From contig CBDBCZ010000018.1 of assembly GCA_965203295.1 (NCBI GenBank), positions 1,760,001 through 1,824,000 of the forward strand: a stretch of 64,000 nucleotides of DNA, given 5' to 3'. Both the position numbers and the translations under genes were made by a program. The notes below the pieces were generated by a model. It saw nothing but the letters and a program-made list of their open reading frames with translations, made no database searches and was not told the DNA's origin. The stretch's first letter is position 1, and each line of letters begins with the position of its first letter. Of this stretch, positions 55,583 through 64,000 are shown piece after piece. The stretch is from Nitrospirales bacterium (GTDB lineage: Bacteria; Nitrospirota; Nitrospiria; Nitrospirales; UBA8639).

Positions 55583-57750
55583 CTGTACAATGTGAAGACA
55601 CAGCTACTGTACACACTGCCAAGTTTAAGATAAGTGCTGCAGTTAGCAGTAACAATAGCAGCAATTAGCGATAGACATTTGTGACTTTCCTGATAAGGAA
55701 TATAAACAGAGCTGATCTGCTTGGCTGAGTCAGCCATCTCCTATGCTTATGCATTACATGCATAACTTGTCCTAATATCGCTAGGGTCAAAATAGCTTTC
55801 CGACCACATTCAATAGTGTAATGCCTCTGTAATTACCTGGGTCCTCCCATCACCTTTCTATAAAAGCTAATAATCAACCCTTGTCTCTGATGTTTGGAAA
55901 TACTCTCCCTTATCCAAACTACCTCATACAAGACTATCAACAGATTAGCCATTCTTTTCTCCCCATACTTAAAAAACTCCCCTCATTACCTCCCGTTTTA
56001 TTACTTTTAAGAACACCTTTTGAGCATTCAAACTTAAGGTTCTGTGATGTGCTAGTGAATATGTATGGTCATAAGAGGGTATGTACATACATTTACAAAG
56101 AGAAACTGAGCTAAACAAGTCAGTTGCCACATGATTACAGGTACGTACATGCTGAGAGCTGGACAAACAAGAGCATATACGTACGAAGAAAGTGACAAGG
56201 GTATAGTGAAATGTCAAGTTCGCAGTTTTTGAATCAAACAGACGACTGGTCAAACGTACAATTTAATAACTTCCACACGATGTATGTGTGCATTTTAATA
56301 CATGAGTATGTTGTTTAGTAATTATAAACCAACAAGTCACCCATAGAGGTGGTCTTTCAAGAGTTCCAGTGTTACTCTAAGCTTTTGTTGGGCTACATTG
56401 GGATACACACAAGCTGCAAAGCAACAGACCTACATTTGCATAGTTCTAATCACTTGGAAGGCACCACCACAGTGTACAAACTCCATCTACTTTGGCAGTG
56501 CCTTTCAAGCCAGGGTATACACATCCATATACCCTAGGGTACATGAGGGTTGCTGGGCAACTGTGATAGACTGTTCTACAAACTGTGAAACAATTAGCTG
56601 GCAAACCAGTTCATATGGAAAAATTAAGCTGTAGACTACTTCTTATTACATTCAGTAGAGTTATTCTAAGGTAGCTGCATGTTCAAAATGTAATAAATTG
56701 TTCCCCTTTTTTGCAAAAACTACAAAAGTGACCCATAGCACTACACAAGTCCACATACAAAGCACCAAGCCAGAGCAACTATATAATGCAGAAATCACCC
56801 AAACACCAGCTCATGTGGGAAATACAAACTGTAGAATGCTTCCTATTACATAGAGTAGAGTCAATCCAAGGTAATTGCACGTTAGTAATTAAACAAAGTG
56901 TTTCCTTTTCCGCAAAAGCTACAAAAGTGACTCATAGTACTACACGTTTCCATAGTAGGCACCAAACTAGAGCAAGCATATAATGCAATCTCTGGTTTTG
57001 GGAGTTACATGCACTTGCTAGTTAATAGAAATATTATATATTATATCTATTGTTATTCGGAGCAACTGGAATCAAGATAGCCAGGATCATAAGGCAACGT
57101 TACATGTATTTTATTACGATGTATATTCTGACTTGTATTACTATAATTACACGTCTTTCCTGCAATTTTTCTTTACGATTAATTACTAAACTTATGTAAG
57201 ACAATTGTGAGGAATCTGACAAACGTTTTACAAGGTTCTTACACCAGATCTTGTAGTAGTCTCGATACGCGAGGCTAATCTTGCAGGACTTCCCTATGAG
57301 CCTTGCAAGAATTCACACAAGATTTTAATGCCTACCATCTTGCAAGATTTTTGTTGCAAGATGAGAAATCTTGCTAGGGTAGAATGCCTACTGTCATAGT
57401 TCTCATGCAGCTACAACATATAGCTCACCAGGCCTGGCAGAATTTTTCCAGCACTGTCTCTGGCATTCGACATAGGCAAAGTATGGGCGCACTCCCACTT
57501 TTCAGACATCGCAACTGTGGTTGAAAGGTAGATATAAGCGCAGTCTGGTATAGCTAGCTCTTCGCGAGCTCCATGTAGTTCCGAGTTCTCGCAGCAGCGC
57601 TCAGCGTTACGCGCCGCGCACGAAGTCACATGTGGCTAATCCCAGCTTGTAGTTAATCCCAGCACAGCTACAATAACCAATGGTTATGCATGGTTATTGC
57701 ATTTATGATCTCAGCCCCGCCCACTAAGCGCATATAGAATCTGGCGCCGG

Positions 57751-57850
57751 TGTAAGGGCGATTTGGGGACCCCCGTCCCAAAAACGCTAGCGATGTGAGG
57801 ACCCCCACGGGCCCTATTTCGCTAGCGGTACGGGGATCCCGTACCGCTAT
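57751..57850 (+). mobile_element. Probable Ginger-type element left end
   Basis: CCGG|TGTAA start followed by internal repeats (ggggacccc, cgctagcg). No right end found. Confidence 0.4.
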
Positions 57851-58011
57851 GTATGTACAATTCTCATTCTGTTATCAGCATCTCAGCTAGAGTTGCCAAA
57901 CTACAGATCACCTGCTTAAAGGTTAGTAAAGTAATTGCTCAGGTTCTCTTTTTGGCACTCGGTTGTGAAGTTGGATTAGCAAAGGCATGTCACTGATACC
58001 TGTCTTCCTCA

Positions 58012-58050
58012 TAGTCTCGCGAGCCAGCGAGGGGCTGGCTCACGAGACTA
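58012..58050. mobile_element. 39-bp TAG...CTA mini-MITE
   Basis: TAGTCTCGCGAGCCAG...CTGGCTCACGAGACTA; flanks tcttcctca / tcttcctat. Confidence 0.6.
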
Positions 58051-58622
58051 TCTTCCTATACTTGTACTAATACTATGAACCAGATTCCTTAACCAGCATT
58101 AGATAGCAGTTATTGCTATGTTGATAGAAGGGCTTCCAAAGATCTAGGTTCCATGCTCTAAGGGAAAATTATTTACAAGCATAGACAGTAGAGTACTATA
58201 ACCCATCATCAAGCAGTCTAAACGATAAGCCAGGTAGCATTTATATATTGATCGGAGTTCTCTTTCCACCAACCATGAATTTGGCGTCTCAAAACTTTCA
58301 TTGTCAAAGGAATGCTGACTTTTTAACTGCTGTGCTGCTGTCTTCATCAGGGCAGACATCAATACAGTAGCTACAGGCCAAACCAAAAGCAAAGAATTCA
58401 ATGTCTTCGGGATTAGTCTAGCCTACTCAGCTCCTAGAAGGGAAGCCCTAGCCTCATACCTAGGCCTTCCCTGCACTCGCAAAAGTGCGGGGAAGGCCTG
58501 GGTACAAGGCTAGTTATGCCCAGTATTCTTATTTATTCTCAAATAGATTTGGTATTCAGAAACAGGAGTACCTTTTCCTTCTCTTCAACTGTGAACTGGA
58601 TGGTGGGATGTATACCATTGAG

Positions 58623-58720
58623 TAGTCTCGGTACCAGCCCACCTATCAAGTCGGAGATCGCTTACAGTATCCCGCCACTAAGCGATCTCCGACTTGATAG
58701 GTGGGCTGGTACCGAGACTA
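58623..58720. mobile_element. 98-bp MITE with perfect 42-bp TIRs and 9-bp TSD (AcademH-like signature)
   Basis: ACCATTGAG|TAGTCTCGG...CCGAGACTA|ACCATTGAG; 14-bp spacer. Confidence 0.9.
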
Positions 58721-60496
58721 ACCATTGAGATGGTAGTAAATGTTTTGTAGCATTATAGCACACTGAATAATAAAAGTTTTAAAGAGATCATTTAAAAATG
58801 AAAGAGCACGTAGGGATGGAATCGCAAAAAAGTAACCAAACAAGGTAGCAATGACACAACAGAGCTTGATTCTACAACCCCATCCCTAACCCTGCATGAA
58901 TGCAATTAGTGCCTGGCATGCCCGTATTTTACTTCTGAACTCTTGTGTCCAAGTGACAGGTAACAACATACATAGAAAGCATTCACATACAGCATTCAAA
59001 TACAGCAATAAAAGAACATAGGTAAAACAATATCACTTATCAGATGATAAAGGCACATGTATCTGACATGTTCATTTCACTTCCAACCTACACAGAAATA
59101 ATCAAATGTGTTACTATATATACACAATATGTTATAGCTAAACCATCCCCTAGACACTTTTACCAGTAATCAGGAGACTGTTCCAGGTAAACCAGCAATA
59201 CATGAGACACTTTTAGTAATGGTCCCAAGGCTCATGGCATGAGTTACAAGAATGTTCTAAGTTACAATGATACAATCAATGTACATATTGCTACACTAGA
59301 CGAAGTTAAGTGTTTCAGCAAATTACAAATTCTGTCCATAGTGGCTATCTTGCCATAATACATGTCTGTACTATTTTCCGACCATAAGCAACACTTAATT
59401 CTACTCATGATCATGTGACCTTCAACAGATCAGAAGTCTCAAAATCGATCACATGAGTGTGCATTAAATTGCTTAATTCACACATACGTAGTAGCTAATG
59501 TAGTATGGTTTGTACACTCTCCCAGAAGCTTCTGAAATAGTTTTCCACAAAAAAAGAAACAAAATATAGCTGTCCTGGGCAAAGTCCACGACAACTATAA
59601 CTTAGTACCAGCTGGGGTGCACTTCATGTTTATCTGGGTGGTAAAAACTACAAATAGTGCTCCCAGAATAGATCGGTTTAATATTATATACACAAACATA
59701 GCACAACCTACCAACTAGCATAAGTCTTTCAGACTCAAGTAGTTCCGGGGAATCTTTCAGCCTGCATGTACATGTAGATGAACGGCACTGACTTTATTTA
59801 TGCACGTCTAGCATAGCAGTTACAGCTGTGCACGGTTTACACTTACAGTATCGTGCAGTCATGGTTTATTAGTGGACGTCACATCCGTTACACACGCACA
59901 GGCGCACACAGAACCAAATGTAAAGTATAGATGCATACCTCATTCTGGAGCTACTGTGCTACACTGACCGTATTCTCTGTAGGCATCTATAGTTTGCTTC
60001 TTATATGACATAATTTAGACACACTTCCAAGTTAAAATTCCCACTATCAGATTGTGTACATGTTGTCATTAAATAAGTTACCTTCGCAGAAGTGAAATGC
60101 TGTTTTCATTTACTGCTTCTCCATCAGATAACACAGTTGACGTGATTGTAATGTCAGAGGCAGAAGAATGAATGGCTGTGCACGACTCCTACAGTGTGAA
60201 TCAATGGTTGTACACTGCACTACTATGTATTCCAGCAACCCCAGCAAGCTTTCTCTGTAATTACTACTACATGGTGATCTTTATCAAGGCAGTTACTACA
60301 AAAGCACTATTGTGTATCAACTGCCTGATGTACAGGCACCCCAAAATCAGAGCAACAATCTAGGATGAACAGGTGTAATTTCTTACCCTAATATGCAATG
60401 TTTGCAGGAAGAACTTAAGACTAGAAAAAACTAAGCACACGATATGTAATTCTAGATAACATGCAGATTAAGCTAAAAACATTATATTATACCTAC

Positions 60497-62247
60497 CATA
60501 TGAGGTGCACTGATAGTTGCATGATAACCTAATAAAAAAAAACATAAGCATTATGAACAAAGCATTATTGAAGCATCATAGACTATTGTTGTTAACAAGC
60601 TGAATATTCTGATCAGGCTCTTCCCCTGTTACATGAAGGCTGGCCAGTAACAAACTGCACAGTTGCCAGGCAGTTAAGGTGCCAAGAACACTCAACTCTG
60701 CAACACCGTGGTGAAATACTACCCTTTCACTTGGCAACTCTACATTCCTGTGAACTCATTAATTCAGCGCTGTTTCATCGTTACAGTGCACCCGAGGCTA
60801 CAGGAAAGCACCTGCACCTAGCTGTTACAATGTATTCATTTATATGCACAGGTGCTTTCACCAATATTTTTCATAGGCTCCTGCTTCAAATGGGAGAATC
60901 AAAGTCGTAACTCTATCTACTGAGTTAGAGATACAATTATTTCGCTGGTATCTAGTCTTGTTGCCATGCAGTCACCGTTGTGTAGCTTTTAATACATGCA
61001 TGTGTAGTGTACTTTCATCTGTTCATGCAACAAGATACATGTAGATATCTGCAGTCACATTTTATGTTAAACATCCAAGGCTTTGTTTAGCAACCGGTCA
61101 CTTAATACATCTGTAGAACACATCAGCGTTGCGAGACTGTTTCATCCTATATACCGTATAGCCGGAAAATTTGGTGAGGACTTTTATTTGGCGGTTTGGC
61201 GAATCGTAAAAAAATCATTAAATTAAATTCTCACCAAATTAAATTCTAACGCATTATGTAATACGTAACACCCACGCGCGCATGCAGCTACAAAAAAGAA
61301 GGTTCCCACTCCACGTACATGTTTCCCCTCGTCCGGGAAGGATATTAAACTCGCGAACAAAGCTGTAAAGTGCTCCCTATCTGGAGACTCGAAGCATGTC
61401 ACAGTCATCTCGAGGCAAGTATAACACTAGTCTTACACGCCAGAAGGGCACAAATTGGAAAGTATGCCGCTGACAACAGAGTGACAAAGGCCGCTACACT
61501 CTTTTCGAAGCTTTTGGATAGTAAGATCAGTGAGCCCAATGCCTCCATTCTCGATTTCAGTGACAAAAACTTTACATTTTCAGCAGCGTTGCCAAATTTT
61601 CCGGCTATAAGGTAAGTAACTAAAACATATGACTGCACAAACTCACAGCGGATTTCTAGCAAAACCTAATTACCAGAACTGCTACATACATTGTACCTAT
61701 CATTCTCTTTGAGTCTACACAACACAAATTTAAGCATGCAAACCTCCGGTAGCTTTTGTTGGGCTACATGCAGGATATACACACAAGCTGCAAAGCAACA
61801 GACTACATTTGCATAGTTATAGTCACTTGAAAGGCATCACCACAGTGTACAAACCCCATGTACTTGGGCTGGTGCCTTTCAAGCCAGGGTCCATATATAC
61901 ACTACCCTAGGGTGCATGAGGGTTGCTGGGCAATTGTGATCTCAAAAGTTGTGAGTCTTCTCTGGGCCTTCCCCCTAAAAAGACACAACTGCCCTTGGGT
62001 ACAAATCCCCTACACCTAGAAACCCAAATGCAAAACTGCAGACATACAGATAGGCACAGAGACCACCTGGCAGATCATCTATTCCCAGTCTGTAGTTTGG
62101 AAAAACCTTTCATATTACGGAACTGTAATGGTGAGAACTAACCTATTGATTGAGGAGAATCGTAGTATGGACTATGGGGACAGTAGTTCTTGCGATCTAC
62201 AGCTTTCATACTTGCTTCTACTCTGGGACTTTGAATGATGTGTTGTT
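60497..62247 (-). pseudogene. PCMT1: Two exons of a protein-L-isoaspartate O-methyltransferase (PCMT1-like): 62143-62247 (105 nt) and 60497-60528 (32 nt)
   Basis: Spliced translation QHIIQSPRVEASMKAVDRKNYCPHSPYYDSPQSI|GYHATISAPHM, with canonical splice sites and matching phase 1. I could not find exon 1 or the SAM-binding (LDVGSGSG) exon. Confidence 0.85.
61154..61612 (+). mobile_element. Internally deleted pogo-like transposon in the PCMT1-like intron
   Basis: TA|CCGTATAGCCGGAAAATTTGG ... CCAAATTTTCCGGCTATAAGG|TA; remnant RRAQIGKYAADNRVTKAATLFSKLL. Confidence 0.75.
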
Positions 62248-62679
62248 CTAGCCGGTACAGAAAAACATGTTCGAATGTAATATACATGTTCTGAAAGTAT
62301 TGCTTACACATGTTAATTAGCTTTATACACAATGGGCCACTTTTGAAGTCATATATTGGCAGCTCATGAACCATTTTCACCCCATCAGAATCCTCTTAGC
62401 ACAGAATCCTTGGGCACTAGCTGCCTTTGCACATAGAGTACAACGCATGTACATGTATACCCACCACTTGTAATGCATACGAACATTTCTCAATTCTTAA
62501 AGAAAACTGTTATAAAATAATCATACAACAACACATTTTTAAGTGAATCCTATAGAGTGCTACTACTGTATCTATGAGAATGTATGTGGACTCCAAAGTT
62601 GGGTTCTCCACAGGAAGCTGATGACTGAGCAAAAGTTACCTCAGGATATACTGATCCAGAACTGATTCTACTGTAGTGC

Positions 62680-62733
62680 TAGTCTCATTCCCAGGCCTCC
62701 ACACAGCTTTTGTCGCTTGCAGTAACGAGGCTA
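62680..62733. mobile_element. TAG...CTA mini-MITE with 9-bp TSD
   Basis: ctgtagtgc|TAGTCTCATT...AACGAGGCTA|ctgcagtgc. Confidence 0.55.
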
Positions 62734-63274
62734 CTGCAGTGCAACTAATACTAATGTGCCTATTACATGTACATATTGATAACCAACTGCTACACAAGCT
62801 TTGGTCCCCCATCCCGGACCAAATCTATCAGGAGCAGTATAAAACAAATCGGTACCGCCAAAAAAGAAATAGTCCCTCTTGATTAGCATTAGGGAGCCAT
62901 TCCTTTCAGCTGTGTGTACAAGAAATGGTGCCAAATGTATCACTGCAATCACCTCTATCCACAAGCAGGAAGTCCTTGAAATTAGGATAACATACCTTTC
63001 TGTTTTTCTCAACTTTGTATGTAGTGCAGCTCTAGCTATCTTTTAGAACTTTTTGGACAATGCGCTGCAGCCCTCTTGATAGAAATTTGTAAACTACATA
63101 TACCTGCCCTACCAGCTCACATTCATTTGTTGCTGTCTTTCCCATTCCATTTCAGCAAATTTCACTCGTAGCGTGGCTTGGTTGCATAGTGCCATTGGCT
63201 TATAAGGGAAATCATGACAGGAACAGAGTGATCATCCTACTAGGAAGGGGGACCGAATTACGCATTTCTAGACC

Positions 63275-63875
63275 ACTACCTCAAAGCCTCATCTACTGTC
63301 TCAGTAATCTTCAGTACCTCTACACAGTTTCACTTCCCACTCAGTGCCTAGTAGTAATCTAGGATACACTTCTCATCCTCTTGACTCTATATACACAACA
63401 ACCGCTTAAGTTTGCACCTATTCCTCCTGCCTTTCAAAAATTCTACCCCTATAACTTCCTTTATTGTTTCATTGTATATTTAATTTAATTTTTAGAAGAC
63501 CAGCCAAGTATCTTTTAGCTGCTCCTACGTAGCTGAATAGATTCTAAAGAAGCTGCCTCCATATTACAAGCTCACACTTCACTACCATCCTCTAAAGTGG
63601 GGCAAAGTACCAATATTAACACTCCAACTGCATTGATATTTCTAAGTTTTTTCTTTCCACTTTAATTACCCTCTGTACATGATTGTATCATGACCAATTC
63701 AATGCCCAAGTAACAGTAAATTGCAACCCTTTTACATATCTCCCCACTTCCATTGTGAACTCTTCCAGAGAAGAAAGCTTTCTCAGAGAGTAAAGAAATC
63801 CCGAAAAATCGGGACCCAGCTGGGGATTGAACCTGAACAGTTAACCTATTTAGAAAATATCATAACAGCACTCTT
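63275..63875 (-). mobile_element. Degenerate LINE 3' fragment (paralogue of 37820-38320), interrupted by a SINE-like head at ~63755-63838
   Basis: Shared text with the 37830-38270 block; minus-strand GGTTCAATCCC B-box-like motif. Confidence 0.7.
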
Positions 63876-63881
63876 TGTATA

Positions 63882-63966
63882 GCTTAGAGCACGGGCAGCT
63901 ATGTTCTAACTAGGCCGAGGCGAAGCCGAGGTCTAGTTAGAACACAGAGCTGCCCATGCTCTGAGC
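63882..63966. repeat. Imperfect palindrome centred on CCGAGGCGAAGCCGAGG
   Basis: gcttagagcacgggcagct..gttctaactagg / tctagttagaac..agctgcccatgctctgagc. Confidence 0.8.
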
Positions 63967-64000
63967 CATTTAGTATATGCACATCTTCAGCTTCTTATGC

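Overview
Eukaryotic (animal) genomic DNA with spliceosomal introns; no prokaryotic operon, rRNA or CRISPR is present. Short introns, Pmp-like beta-helix sequence and the MITE types fit a non-bilaterian marine invertebrate such as a demosponge (inference only). Layout: (1) 0.5-7.7 kb, minus strand: the N-terminal six coding exons of a CEP78-like gene (two nonsense codons, all splice sites intact) abut the C-terminal three exons of a CDC50/TMEM30-like gene, which carries a textbook GT-AG U12 (minor spliceosome) intron. (2) 8-12 kb: an old degenerate repeat with MITE/foldback insertions. (3) 11981-23104: an 11-kb satellite built from 163-bp and 85-bp modules with higher-order repeats. (4) 23-56 kb: a mosaic of local segmental duplications that amplifies and shuffles exons of a TRAPPC13-like gene among LINE, Penelope-like, BEL/Pao, pogo-like, SINE and Helentron-like remnants. 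(5) 56-64 kb: MITEs, two PCMT1-like exons and LINE debris. No complete intact protein-coding gene is evident. The window looks like a satellite-flanking (pericentromeric/heterochromatic) duplication hub. Gene identities come from my recognition of translated exons, not from database searches.
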